DNA from: Minutocellus sp. GHC0000111
Taxonomy: Eukaryota
DNA: 64,000 nucleotides
Direction: 5' to 3'
Assembly: GCA_977018835.1 (NCBI GenBank)
Contig: OZ361256.1
Span: 5,456,001-5,520,000, forward strand
Under the pieces are notes generated by a model. It saw only the letters and a program-made list of their open reading frames with translations, did no database searches and was not told the DNA's origin. The position numbers and the translations under genes were made by a program. Below, in pieces: positions 1-12,400 of this stretch; position 1 is the stretch's first letter, and each line of letters starts with the position of its first letter.

Positions 1-1909
1 TATTGGATTTAGCCAAGAGCCCATCGGGAACCGCAGCAGATCCTGGCACAGAAGCAGCGGCCTTCGTTGCGACGGGTGGAACATTCGTAACGGGAGCGGC
101 AGCGGCGGCCGGCGGTTCCACGGCAACTGAAGCTTGTTGCGGTGACGGTTCTGCTGGCGCAGATGGGACGGCGGTCCCGGTGATTGACTTGCTTCTCTTG
201 GCAGCCTCCTCGGCTGCAGCGGCCTCCATAATCTTTCTCTTTCGGGATTTGCCTGAGGTTTGGGCGGTCTCCTCAGCAGCAGCTGCCTGTTTTTCCTTAT
301 TGAGCTTCTCCACCTCGGCCGAATCAATCATCATCATCTTTGATCGACCTCCCACACCGCTAGCTGATGCCTTCATGGCCCGTCCAGCTCGGCCTTTCAG
401 TGTGGATGAGGCCGCGGCACCTCCTACTGCACCAACTCCTGGCGCTGTTGCACCCCCCGACCCCGACATTGCAGCAGCAGCAGCCTTACCACCGAGACGT
501 TTGCTGGTATTGCCCATCGCAATCGGCTTCTTCGTCGGAACGCCAAGCGATTTGCCCCCCGCAGCGGCTGCCGATCCGCGGCCGATACCTCTGCCCCTCC
601 CAGCACCAGCAGCACCCCGACCACCACCTGGACCTGTCGCACCACGTCCACGGCCGAGCAATGCTCTGGCTGTTCCTCTGCCCAACGTGGCGGTGGATGC
701 CGTCGGCTTCTTGGAACGGATGAAGAGCGATGCAGTATCCGGACCAGCGGCGCTCTGCCGTCCCAATCCTCTTCCACCACGGCCGGCACCCAACGCCGAT
801 CGACTGGGAATGCCTCGCCCTGCGGCTCCAGCCCTACCACCAACGCCCCTCCCTCTACCGCCCGCACTAGCACCGCCAGTACCGTTCCCCTGCAACTTTT
901 GCTGCTGCTGTGCCATACGATGGGTCCGCTCTCGATTCTCCAATTCCTTGGTCTCCTCGTCGGCGCGGCTCTGTTCCACATCGGCATCCACCTTGAGGAT
1001 GGGTGCATCGATATTGACAGTGAAATCAGTATTGGATGCGCTCTCCGGTATGCATACTTTCACGTCCGATGGCGACAACAATGCAAGAGATTGTGGAACA
1101 AAGTGCATCGGATCGAGATTGGCCCTCGTGCTTGTTGATCCTGACGCTGGCGTACTGGTATTGGTCTCACCACCCTCCGAGGAGGCTTCTGCTTCTATCG
1201 AAGCTTCCGCCCTTTCACATACCTTGCGGATGATGCCCTTAGCGACATCTTCCAAGTGTTTGGTACATCTTTCCTTTTCTTCCTGAGGCTCATCTTTGTA
1301 AAACATAGCGCTCTGAACCAGCGACGCCAACACTCGGACCCACTCGTCTTCCACATCGGGCTGGCCCGTAACGTCGTTGGTTGCACCAGATACTGCCGCA
1401 TCTTCCATTACTGCACCATCACCGCCGGTATCTTCGGCCGAGGCTCTGGAGAGGATGTCCCATATGGCATTGTTGAGATTCTCGTTGCCGGCACTACTAC
1501 TCGTAATACCGCCGACGGCACTGCCTGCACCGCCACCGGCCGAACCCTCCAACCCCATCAGACCAACGATTGATCGGAGCTTGACGGGCTTGGCCATGCG
1601 ATCAAAGACCTTGCGCAAAAGTATTACATTGTCGGCCTCCTTGGATACGGCATCGGCACCGGCATCCGCGGAAGCGCCGGCCGAAGACGACGACACATGA
1701 TGCTGATGTGCCGACGTGGTTTTGGACGACGTGAGGAGCCGACTGAGCTCAAAGCTGCTGTACGGATTTCGGAGGCGGGATTCCACCAGGGACAGGAACG
1801 GATCGAGGTCGACCCCGGGTTTCCCTCCAGACGATGCCGGTGTAGCGCTGGCATCGGCGGTGCCGTTGCCGGTTCGGTTGGTGCGTGGCCGTGGTTGCTT
1901 TTTGAGCAT
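1..1909 (-). CDS. NELF-A-like protein (negative elongation factor A); 3' end runs off the window
   Basis: Minus-strand frame from ATG 1909, absent from the ORF track because no stop lies in the window; the 3..1286 + ORF is its shadow. Reads ...LSLVESRLRNPYSSFELSRLLT...LLRKVFDRMAKPVKLRSIVGLM...EDEWVRVLASLV... then a low-complexity region and GRSKMMMIDSAEV...RKRK. This resembles, from memory, NELF-A blocks (IASLLT / VKLKLLL / DPWVLMVA / GVKLLDISEL). Confidence 0.55.
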   Translation of the reverse strand, partial: MLKKQPRPRTNRTGNGTADASATPASSGGKPGVDLDPFLSLVESRLRNPYSSFELSRLLTSSKTTSAHQHHVSSSSAGASADAGADAVSKEADNVILLRKVFDRMAKPVKLRSIVGLMGLEGSAGGGAGSAVGGITSSSAGNENLNNAIWDILSRASAEDTGGDGAVMEDAAVSGATNDVTGQPDVEDEWVRVLASLVQSAMFYKDEPQEEKERCTKHLEDVAKGIIRKVCERAEASIEAEASSEGGETNTSTPASGSTSTRANLDPMHFVPQSLALLSPSDVKVCIPESASNTDFTVNIDAPILKVDADVEQSRADEETKELENRERTHRMAQQQQKLQGNGTGGASAGGRGRGVGGRAGAAGRGIPSRSALGAGRGGRGLGRQSAAGPDTASLFIRSKKPTASTATLGRGTARALLGRGRGATGPGGGRGAAGAGRGRGIGRGSAAAAGGKSLGVPTKKPIAMGNTSKRLGGKAAAAAMSGSGGATAPGVGAVGGAAASSTLKGRAGRAMKASASGVGGRSKMMMIDSAEVEKLNKEKQAAAAEETAQTSGKSRKRKIMEAAAAEEAAKRSKSITGTAVPSAPAEPSPQQASVAVEPPAAAAAPVTNVPPVATKAAASVPGSAAVPDGLLAKSN

Positions 1910-2038
1910 GCAAGGTGGCGCCATCGGCAGAGTGGCTGCACCATCCGGGTTCTTTTGTCGCATGCGTACGTAGCGTACGTCCATGCGTAAGGTTTCTCCA
2001 ACCTCCACCCCCTGCATCTCCCAGCCAAAACTGCAACC

Positions 2039-3241
2039 ATGAGCACGCTCAAGACCTTTCTCCTCGTCCTCGAGTACGATGGAACCAACTATTTTGGGTT
2101 CCAGCGGCAAGAGGGCACCGAGCGGGTGGACATCAGCTCTGGCCAACCCCCCAAGAAGCAGCCCCGCCAGTCGACCAACACAAGCGTGAGCGGACGTGCC
2201 GCCCGACGTGCCGGTGCTCCTCCCATAACGATTCAGGATCAGCTGGAGACGGCCCTGGTCAGGCTGACGGGCAACTCTCTGGCGCAGCTTCGGGTGAGAG
2301 GGGCTGGAAGGACGGATAAGGGTGTTCATGCGACTGGTCAAGTGGTGGCATTCGATTACCATAACCAGCAGCAAATGATTGAGGACAGATGCGCATGCGA
2401 TGGTGGCGGCAAATCGGACGACGCAATGGACATTGCTACTGGCAGTGGTAGTACCAAGAAACGCAAGAAAGAAAAGCAGAGACAGCACCAGGACACTTCG
2501 CTATTTGAAGATGCTTCTCGATCAGAAGAGTTGTGGCAGATTCGGAGGGCCATCAACTCGAGACTTCCAAAAGACATTGCCGTCCGTTCGTGCCGGTTGC
2601 TTCCACCTCCTCCACCGGGCGGCAGGCCATTTGAGGCGAGGCACGACGTTCAGAACAAACGCTACACATATCGGTTACGATTCCATAGAAAACAAAGTGT
2701 ATCAGTTCTCGGCGAGGACGGCTTGTTGCAGCCGCAGATCATTTCGCCCATATGTCAGAGTGGACCAAACACTATGCGACGTGCTCATGATCCTTCCAAT
2801 GTGAGGATTTGTCCGTGGGCTTTGGACGTAGAACTAATTGAGAAGGCTTGTAACCTGCTGCAAGGGCAGCACGACTTTTCTTCCTTTGTTGTCAAGGCTG
2901 ATAGAAGAAGTCGAGATAATAATATTGATCTCAGCAGATTTTCCATTTGCTTCAAAGATGCTGTTGATCAGGACGATCATGATGACGATGATGGCTCAAA
3001 TGCCACAATAGACAATGCAGATGATGTCCCTTGTAATGCCACCTTCACTCTGCAAGCGAGTGGGTTTCGGCGGCAAATGGTCCGACGACTGATTGGATAC
3101 GTCGTAGATGTTGCCCGTGGACACTGCAAACTTGATGGCGTTGAAGAAATACTCAAGGGTAGCGATGAGGCTGCTCAGAAGGTCAACGCTGCACCAGCGT
3201 GTGGTCTGTGCCTGAGTAAAGTCGAGTATAAGATTATTTAG
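2039..3241 (+). CDS. truA: tRNA pseudouridine synthase, TruA family
   Basis: LEYDGTNYFGFQRQ, GAGRTDKGVHATGQV (catalytic Asp), GQHDFSSF, GFRRQMVR, APACGLCL. Confidence 0.93.
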   Translation: MSTLKTFLLVLEYDGTNYFGFQRQEGTERVDISSGQPPKKQPRQSTNTSVSGRAARRAGAPPITIQDQLETALVRLTGNSLAQLRVRGAGRTDKGVHATGQVVAFDYHNQQQMIEDRCACDGGGKSDDAMDIATGSGSTKKRKKEKQRQHQDTSLFEDASRSEELWQIRRAINSRLPKDIAVRSCRLLPPPPPGGRPFEARHDVQNKRYTYRLRFHRKQSVSVLGEDGLLQPQIISPICQSGPNTMRRAHDPSNVRICPWALDVELIEKACNLLQGQHDFSSFVVKADRRSRDNNIDLSRFSICFKDAVDQDDHDDDDGSNATIDNADDVPCNATFTLQASGFRRQMVRRLIGYVVDVARGHCKLDGVEEILKGSDEAAQKVNAAPACGLCLSKVEYKII

Positions 3242-3274
3242 ATCATGTGCCTAGTAGACATATTGCAACTTTTG

Positions 3275-4642
3275 CTAACTATTAGCATCGGCAAAATCTA
3301 ATAGGCTAGAAGACCAAGATTCGAGGACCCTGCGTTGCGAGATCCTCAAGGCTTTTGCTAAACTGATCGATATTGCAGCGCTCTCGTCTGAGGAGGCACT
3401 GATCTCCCCGTCTTCCTTTGATAGCATATCAGTAGCCTCCTCTGCTGCTCTATTGGCAATTCTTCGAGCTACTTCGGGTGTAAATATTTCATCCGTTTCC
3501 TCCAAGGCTCTGCCCTCGGATTCTGCCAAAGCTGCAGCAGCAGCTTCAGCCAGCTCGAACGGGACACTATCTGCTCCAACGTTTGCTCTGGCACCATCCA
3601 CAACCAGCTCAACAGTGTTTCGCTCGTCGGCAATATCCAAACTGGGAACAAAGCCATAACTCAATAAGCACTTCCATGCTGGTGTAGTTGACGAGTCGCC
3701 ATATGAAATGAAGACTTCTTCTCCCCGAGCGATTGAACGCACAGCTCTTACCACCAAAACACTTTTGCCATCAGCATTCGTCTCGAGAGCAAAGCCTGCG
3801 TTGGCTGATGGTCCATGATTCAACAAATCAAAGACCGGCGCAAGGATACGCAGTTGAACCGCATGGTCTTCTTCACCCCCCAGATGCACTCGGCACGTGC
3901 GAGTCTGCACAATGTCGAGTGCATCGTGGCATAAACGCGTCAATTCGTCGTCGCTGTATTGGTTGATGCCAGATTCACTTACTTCTTTCAGTGCTTCTGA
4001 CAAATCCATAACTGCATTTGCTCTACCAAAGTAGGCACTATCGACAGCAAGCTCAAGCGGTTGGCATTTGGCACTTTGCAATACATCAGACGGCCAATGG
4101 ATTGGGAGCGATGCTCGCAGATTTGTAGCGTCGGGAAGCATTGATATCCAACCTGACAGCTGATCACTCGTTGGCTTGAGAAGTCTGAGGTCGATCAGAG
4201 ATGCCGCCAGCCGAGTAGCCCATTCACTACCAGCGCTGTAACTATTTGACGAGTTCTCCTCCTCTTCATCCAGTTGGAACCAGGATGGAGGCTCATCGTC
4301 ACGAAGACAGGAAGAGAGTGGTATGGACAAGATTGGAGACCCCTCTGCGATATCGTCAGAGGAAGCATAAAGTCCTCGGATCCCATCACTATCCTCACCA
4401 ACGACCAATTCCGTGGCAATCTCAAGACCGTCGCAAAGCTCTTGGAGCTTGCTCTGCTGCTCCTGGAGCGTTTCAACAATAATCTCGTTTCCATCGGCAC
4501 TTGTTGTTGAAGATTGGAAGCTTGGTGGAAGATGATGAAGACGTGCCGGTACCGGTCCTCGAACACCACCAGCTTGGAACGCCAGCGACGACGAAACGAG
4601 AAAGGACGCAGTAATCGTGAGAAGAAAAGGGCTGCTGCTCAT
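3275..4642 (-). CDS. SET-domain protein lysine methyltransferase (Rubisco-LSMT-like), probably plastid-targeted
   Basis: GIRGLYA, LAPVFDLLNHG, RGEEVFISYG, LLSYGFV. N-terminal signal peptide ends SSLA-F. ATG at 4642. Confidence 0.85.
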   Translation of the reverse strand: MSSSPFLLTITASFLVSSSLAFQAGGVRGPVPARLHHLPPSFQSSTTSADGNEIIVETLQEQQSKLQELCDGLEIATELVVGEDSDGIRGLYASSDDIAEGSPILSIPLSSCLRDDEPPSWFQLDEEEENSSNSYSAGSEWATRLAASLIDLRLLKPTSDQLSGWISMLPDATNLRASLPIHWPSDVLQSAKCQPLELAVDSAYFGRANAVMDLSEALKEVSESGINQYSDDELTRLCHDALDIVQTRTCRVHLGGEEDHAVQLRILAPVFDLLNHGPSANAGFALETNADGKSVLVVRAVRSIARGEEVFISYGDSSTTPAWKCLLSYGFVPSLDIADERNTVELVVDGARANVGADSVPFELAEAAAAALAESEGRALEETDEIFTPEVARRIANRAAEEATDMLSKEDGEISASSDESAAISISLAKALRISQRRVLESWSSSLLDFADANS

Positions 4643-4999
4643 GAGTGACTCCACTTTGATTTACGTTTAGTTTGTTATGTTGGGCTGAAGAAAATGAAGG
4701 CAAGCAAGCATCATCTCATGCAGTGCATGCGCAGTGCGGCGGCGTGTGCGTACGTCATTTGTATCATAATGACGTCACAGAAACAACACCTCCCGCGCCC
4801 GCCAGGCTCATTTTTTTTCGTGCCCTGGCTGGCTGCGCGATGCCACAAGGCAAGGTGCACCTTGCGCTCTGAGTTGCCTGCAAGTTGCTGCTATCATTCC
4901 GCACCGAGCTGCCTGCAAGCAGCAAGATACCCGACAAAGGCGAAGAGACGGTCGCTCCTGGTTTAGTACTACGCCATATTTCAACACCAACCTCGAGCA

Positions 5000-6859
5000 A
5001 TGAGCTCCCCAACATCACGGCCGGAATACGGTCTGTATGAGTCCCCGACCAATGCCAAGGCGGGGCCGAATGGAACGACCAGCAGCGGCAGTCCCAATGG
5101 TCAGTCCCCCACCTCTCAAACTCGTGGGTTGATCAGTGACAAGGAGCTGTACTCTCCCCGGGCCAAGCCTGGGGGTGGTCGGTCCAGGCATAGTCGGAAG
5201 GTGTTCGTCTCTGCCGTCATTTTCCTCGCCGCGGTTTGCGGGATTGTGGCTCATTCGCATTCCAAGCACAACAATGCCAAGGCACAGCAGGGTGGGGGCA
5301 TCCGTCCCAGTCGGAGCCAGAGCAAACCGTCTGCTTCATCTGCCCCAATAACAAGTATGAGCAACGATGAGGACAATAGCAGTGATGAGAATATCAGCAA
5401 AGACTCCACAGCATCAGCTGAGCAACCAGCGCCACCTGACGAGAAGCCAGCGGAGAAGCCAGCGCCGTCAATCCCACAGCAGCAGCCCCAGCCCCAGCAG
5501 ACAACTCCGATCGCCATTGCCGCCTCGTCCAAATCAAAGGAATTCAACCCGTATCAAAGATTTTCGGACGCAGATAAATCTGCAGCGAATGCTGATGATT
5601 TCAAGGAGCCCAAGGTGGCATGGCTCATGAGCTTCCCCAACAGCGGGACTTCCTACACACTCCGTTTGGCGCAGTGGGCATCGAACGTGACCGCCGCCAC
5701 CAACTACGGCGACGAATGCGATCTGGACCCCAATGGCTGGAACGTACCGCTCTACGACGGCATGTCCAACGGACCCGCTCTAAAGTACCCGTACAAGTAC
5801 AGCCTTCCGACGCGATATGCCCTCACCAAGACGCACTGCGGGGGACGGTGTACGCATTGCGCACCGGACAAGTATGTGGAGACGCAGCAAACCTTCCACG
5901 AGCAGTGCCTGCAGGGGAACCGGATGGAGCCGCTGAAGGAGGACCGGAACCCCTCTCCGCAGAATATTCGCAACAAGGGCAAGTCGGAGAGGGTTATGGA
6001 GATCCGTTATCCCGAGGAGCTGGTTGCCAGGGCGGTCCATGTCATTCGAGATCCTTTCAATAACGTCGTGGCAAGGTGAGGAAATGTTGACGCCGACAGG
6101 GTCGAGAAAGTTTTGGTCACCTGCTCAAAATGCCTTGCATAACTATCTCCATTATTTGACTCACCGATATTCCTCCTATTCTTATCTAAAACGCTCACAA
6201 ATGAAAAAGATTCCACCTCGACTGGGGCAAGTACAATCACAAGGCCGATAAGGATAAGGAGGCCAAGGCATTTGTGGAGAAATACACATACGATCCCAAG
6301 GGCTTCCTCAAATGGTGCAAGTCGATCGATGATATTTATATCAAGGACGAGGCCAAGTCTCGTTTCATTACCGAAGAGGTTCTAGAGCTCTTCAAGAAGA
6401 TCCCATGCGTAAGTTTTTTAATTGTGCATTTTCGTTCATTGATCACCTCACTTCGATGCCGTTCCTTTTGTGATCTTTCAGTGATCTAATCCTTTCCTTT
6501 CATTTTTCGTTTTTTCTTCACTTCAAAAACTATAGCACGGTGACTTCTTCAGATATATCCAGTGGCATAATTTGGCGGTTGCGACGACGGCCAAGCTTGA
6601 TCTGCCGACGTATGTTTTGCACTATGAGAACTATGCCTCTGACTTTGATCGGACAAAGACTCAATTGATGGATTTCTTGGAATTGGATATTGTTGGCGAA
6701 GTTCCAGAGTTCATCCCTGGCAAGTCGTATCGCAACTATTTTACGGAGGAGCAGCGAGAGGCGGCTCTGGAGCTCATGAAGAGACTATCCAATCCTGAGA
6801 CATGGCAACTTCTTGACCGATATGATTACAATGCGGAAGAGCTGCGCAACCCGAAATAG
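5000..6859 (+). CDS. Sulfotransferase-like type II membrane protein, 3 exons (5000-6075, 6210-6408, 6536-6859)
   Basis: TM segment (VFVSAVIFLAAVCGIVA), PAPS-loop-like LMSFPNSGTSY, KTH, HVIRDPF, VLHYEN. GT-AG introns 6076-6209 and 6409-6535 restore the frame (VARFHL, IPCHGDFFRY). Confidence 0.75.
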
Positions 6860-7071
6860 ATGCGAGATGTAAAAAGTGCTGATGGGACGATATTTCAACA
6901 TTTGCTCACAGTGGAGGTTAATTCTGTCCTGGGAAAACGAAGTTAGAGAACTAAATTATGTACTCGATAGCGATAGTACTAATAACAAACGAAGGCTATA
7001 GTTTTATTCTCTTCTAATATTTCTTCTTTCTACGTAGCTAGCTAGCGTCTAATAGCTGCCTCTTGTTCGCC

Positions 7072-9191
7072 TCAATTACTCTCCGTGGAGCTGCTGCAAG
7101 TATTCTGTTGCTTACTCTCGCCCTCTGAGATGTACTCAAGGAGATCGATCCTCGTAACGATGCCCGAAACAACACATCGAGTAACAACATGATCTGCCGA
7201 TGCGTCGCTATCCTTCCGATCACCTGCTGCCCTTCTCTTGCCACTGAAGCATCTCTGCTCAGTGACAATCAGAGCGTAAGGCTCATGGTCCAAGGCATGA
7301 GCGAGATCGGCAAGTGAATCATTCATGCTGAACTTGTGGAATGTTTTGTACATCACTCCGGCATCTGCGACCGATTGATCGGGTTTCGCACGACCGCTTA
7401 GAATTTTGGACGTCATGTTGCCCTCGGTAACGACTCCGATGACATTTCCGTTATCCAGAACGGGGACCATATCGAACCCCTCTTCCTTGAGAAGGGCAAT
7501 GGCATCCTTGCAGGTGACCTCCGAAGTAATCGTGAGTGGAGTGGCCATTGGAATGTCACATACGCGGCGGCTTGACCACCAGGCAGTGTAAGTTGGCTTG
7601 CGGATTACATCGTTGTCGACGAAGCCATGGTCGATCATCCATTCATCCGACAAGCTCTTTGTCATGTAATTGCGCACAGAGTCAGGGAGGATCACGACGC
7701 ACCGTTGACCCTTCTTGAGGGATTTGGCCGCCTCTAGAGCACAGGACACGGCTGCGCCGCATGAACCGCCACAGAGCAGACCCTCCTGCTTGATCAAACG
7801 GCGCATCATCACAAGCGAGTCTTTGTCATTGGACTTCATCCAGTTATCCACTAGACTTCTATCGAGTACATCGGGAATGAAGTCATATCCAATTCCCTCG
7901 GTCTGATAGGGAGCCAACCTATTTTCATCATTGAGACTGTCGGGCAGAGCAAGGACACTCCCCTAAATAAAGCAGAAGAAAGTTGAAGAAGTGAGCAGAA
8001 GTTTCAAGACGCATAAACACCAGCGGTATCACTTTCGGCCTGGCATCCAAAGGGCAGCACACAACACTGCGTAGTACTGAAGTGAGCAGAAGTTTCACAA
8101 AGCATAAATACCAGCGATATCACTTTCGACCTGGCATCCAAAGGGCAGCACACGACACTACGCATTACTCACCACAGGATCAACCCCAACCACCTGAATG
8201 TTTGGGTTGTACTCTTTCAGTTTCTTCGCTATTCCCGATATGGTTCCGCCAGTGCCAGCACCCGCAACCAACAAGTCTACTTTCCCACCGCATTGCCTCC
8301 AGATCTCTTCGGCTGTACCCTCGTAATGAGCCAGCGGATTCGAAGGGTTGGCGTACTGGTCCAAGATGTGCGAATTGGGAATCTCGGCGTTGAGGCGTCG
8401 GGCCACAGAGATGTGACTCTCTGGGCTGTCGAATGCCGCCTCGGTGGGAGTACGAACGATCTCGCCCCCCAAGGCCTTGAGCACATCCACCTTCTCCTTG
8501 GACATTTTTTCTGGCATTGTGATGATGCATCGATAACCCTTGATGGCTGATGCCAGGGCGATGCCGATGCCACTGTTGACAGGATATCAAGGGAAACATG
8601 TGATTACAAAAGTGGGCATAAGTAAGTTTCGTATCAAGACACAAGAACAAAATGAGCACGAACCAGGCCTGCGTGCCAACCAAGCACTCACGTGTTGCCG
8701 CTCGTGGGCTCGATGAGGGTGTCGCCGGGCTTGATGCGGCCCTCCCTTTCGGCATCTTCGACCATCCTCCGGCCGATCCGATCCTTTACGCTTCCCCCCG
8801 CGTTGAACCATTCGCATTTGGCCAGCACTTCCACGCCGCGGGAGGTCAAGCCCGCCATCTGCTCGGGGATGGTATTGAGCTTGACGAGAGGGGTGTCACC
8901 GATGGCCGATAGGATGTTGGGACAGATGGAATCGCGGGCGGAGACAAAGGCTGGCAGTGAGTTTGTGGCATTGGCGGTGCTGGCGATGCTGGCGGCGATG
9001 GCCGTGTCATCCTTCTTGGTGCGCTTGGCGGCATTGTTGTTGATGGCCGCATCAGATTGATATTGATGGTGAGAATCTTTGGCGCCTGATGGTGATGACA
9101 AGGCGCCAGCCGAAGCGGCGGCGACCTTTTCGGGAGACCCGGTCTCGTCTGGCGACGTGGGAGACGTCGGTCCTCTCTTCTTCTTGGCCAT
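7072..9191 (-). CDS. CBS: Cystathionine beta-synthase, 3 exons (9191-8692, 8572-8173, 7962-7072)
   Basis: [21 protein letters not shown] (PLP lysine), [26 protein letters not shown]-terminal CBS-domain pair. Introns 8573-8691 and 7963-8172. Confidence 0.95.
7988..8169. repeat. 91-bp imperfect tandem duplication filling CBS intron 2
   Basis: gaagtgagcagaagtttc...tggcatccaaagggcagcacac at 7988 and again at 8079. Confidence 0.9.
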
Positions 9192-9489
9192 GTTGGTCTG
9201 AGGGGATGATATGTGATGTGAGAATTTTGTGCCATTATTTATCATCTTCAAGAAATGAGCTGAAAAACATGTCGAATCCGGGTCTTTTTGGGTGTGGTAA
9301 CGTACGTACCATGCCCGTAGGTACGAACGACCCGTAGACCTACGTACGAACGCGCACATACTGTGCGTGTCATTGAAACGGGCGGAAGAGAGCGGCGGAA
9401 GATACCGACCAAAAACGAGCAACCTTGCTTACGCTTGACCAAGCATAAAGCAACTTCGCTCGTAGCCGATTGCCCATTCGCCAACGGCC

Positions 9490-12400
9490 ATGAGCAGCGG
9501 CAGCGTGGCGGGCAGCGCCGCGAGCGCCGGCGGGGCCAGCGTCCACAGCGCCGCCAGTCGCCGTGCGGTGTCGGCAAGGCTCTCCAACACGAGCGCTGCT
9601 GCGGCGGATGCTGCTGCGGCCGCCGCTGCTGCGGCTACCACCACTTCTCAAAATGATGCGGAGCACAATGGCCTCGGCAATTCTCTCGCTGCCAATGCGA
9701 AGAAGGAGCCGGCCCTCATAACGGCCCTGTCGTATCGGGGAATGGAGGTGCTGTTCACCACGTCGACGACGCCTTCGGCCGGCACAGTCGGCTTGGGTTC
9801 GGGTCCTTCGGCCTCGCAAATCAGTGCTGGCGGCACTTCCACCCCCGGCACCACCATTACTGGCATCTTTGCTCGAACGCACGCGCCATTTTAGACGCTG
9901 GATCTGCCCGAAAATGATAACAGCGGCAGCGGCAGCAGCAGTAGTAGTAGCAAAAGCGGCGAATCTCCCGTGACCGTGGTGGCCCTGGTGTCCAACCCAA
10001 CGACCGGCCTCATCTGTGCGGCAACGTCCGATGGTCGGGTTCATACGTACTATCCCGTGGAAACATTGCCGGCTGCTTCAGGAGGTCCTGCTGCTTCCTC
10101 GTCCAATATGCCCTCGGGCCACTTTGGGGGTGTAGACGATGATATCATCGCCGAGGAGGGTGGTGAGATCGAGATCGGAGAAGGCGGAGATGCCTACTTT
10201 GCCGAAGGCAATGCCAGCGGCGGCGGCAGGGGCGGCAATGGTCCTTCCGGCGCGGCGGCATCTACCCGTCCCGTGGCGGCCTTTGGTCGGTACCGGTGGC
10301 TCACCGGCCGTGTGATTGACTGCACCGATGTGTTTGACGTGGCCGACGTCGAGCAGGATGACAACATGGAGGAGAAGAGATTGCGATTCGAACGACGCCG
10401 GCGAGAGGTGACGATAGCGATGGATAGAAGCAGCGACAACAGCAGAAAGGATGGTGGTGATGGTGGTGGTGGTCGTGATGATAATGATCAAGCAGGCCAC
10501 GACAGTACCAATCACAGTCCCTCGCGGCACGTCATATTATCCACTTCTCTGGATTGGAAGGTTCTCGTGGCCCACCGGGAGCAGTTGGCGATATTTGATG
10601 TGGCGCCAGTCGACTTGGTCGATGGACCAGTGCCGGGTTTGGACTACGGAGGTGCCATCCCCCCGACACATGCTGCATTCGAATTCGCGGGGGAAGTCCC
10701 CTGAACGCTGCTGAAAACTCCCCTCCTACATCTCCCGGTGGTACTAGTACGAAGAAGGATAGCCACGGAGGTGGCAAAATGCTCCTCCCGCCTGCTGCTG
10801 CGTTGCTTTGGACGGTCAAGACACCGGCCGTCATTGTAACGGCGTCTATGAGCGGCAACGGTCGTGCAGTTGTTTATGTATTGTCCGGTGAGGGGGAAGG
10901 TGTGCCCTACCCCTACGGCGCAAGGACGTATGTGAGGGATGGAGATGATGGTGCAGCGTCTTCCCCGCCGTCTCGAAGTCCAGAGTCGTCACCCATGCCC
11001 ACAAAGAAAGGTCTGTCGCCGAAACAGATGAAACAGTTGCAAAAAAAATGATGAATGTCTCTATCTCGTCGGACTTGTCCAATATTGGCATTGTGTACAA
11101 GGCAGGGCCGTTCTTGAATCATTCGGCTCCTGTTACGAGGGTATCCTTCCGAGGACGTGGGCTTAACCATTCTACGCTGTTTTCGCCACCCTCTTCCATG
11201 CTGGATGACTCAATGACAAGCGATGGCAATGCCGAAGATGAGGGCAATGATTTGCTCTTGACTTGCTGCCGGAGAGATAGTACTTGCCGAGTATTTTCGC
11301 AAAATTCCTGGAAGCAATTGCTCCAATGGACGGCTCCACCGAGCTCTCGTGCAGACTGGGTGCAGGGCATTACTGCGGCAAATCTTGGAGACTTGGATAT
11401 CGCTCCCGCAAGGAAAAAGGGTGGCGGCGGGGGTAGCAGCGGTAGCGGTACAGGCACTGTTACCAGCAGTCCAGCGGGAAGTAGACCGGGAAGCCAGCCT
11501 GGTTCAAGCCCAGCTTCCCGACGTCCTTCTGGTTCGTCGGATGGGGGAGGCAGTGGAGGTATCAACCGCCATTTGCTAGGACAAGATGGTTCATCGCAGC
11601 CATTCCAGTCACTACCATCGCACCCCTCGCCGAGTTCCAATGCTGGCGCTTGGATATCAGAGTTGACCTTTCGAGGAGGTTTCCCTGCCCTTCGACTTTC
11701 TCGACTGAGCTATCTCAAATCTGGCAACAATGATACCGCCCCTGCTCATTTTGAAAGCGTTGCTGCAATATTACCCCCCGGCACCCTTAACGCCGATGCC
11801 GTTCTTGGCGGACGATGTGGAAGCGATGAGGACTATGTAATGGCCGTGCAGGGATTGTGGTGCGGATGGGACCCTTGGGAATGTGGCCACGGGGGGAACC
11901 AAATGAGTAGCGGCGGCGACCTGGCAGGGTCTGCTCTGGCCCTTCTTGGAGGCGCGCCGGCTTCGACATTGCAGGGAGGGAACCTTACTTCCTTGGGGAC
12001 TGGCAATCTTGGTGGTAGCCATGCCCCTCCATCTGAACTTCGAATTATATCTTCTCACGGGGTCCCTGGTAAAGCTATCATTATGGAATTCCCCTTGTGG
12101 GGCGATCGGGAGTTGGGTGCCATGGAGCTTGGATCTCCATATCGATATCTCCTCTCTTTGCCTGGAAATGACGAGGACGTTGCTGAAGACCTTCCCTTGA
12201 AACCTTTGCCGGCTGTGCTCGAATTTGAGTCGTCACATCTCAATGCATCAGTATCTGACGATGGCAAGGCGATTGATTTGACATGGAGGAAGAAGGGTTC
12301 TATGAATGTTGTTTCATTGGGGCCGAAAATGGTGGACTCGTTCTCTCGGATACCTTCGTTGGAATCCATGGCATCAACCGCTAGCCTTGACTCTGATGAA

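Noticed and set aside
3..1286. 427-aa + strand ORF
   Set aside because: Antisense shadow of the minus-strand gene; same applies to 15501-16907, 29363-30058, 57314-58219 and similar overlapping ORFs.
11041..11050. Programmed -1 frameshift at A8
   Set aside because: Homopolymer sequencing error or gene decay is more parsimonious; no stimulatory structure identified.
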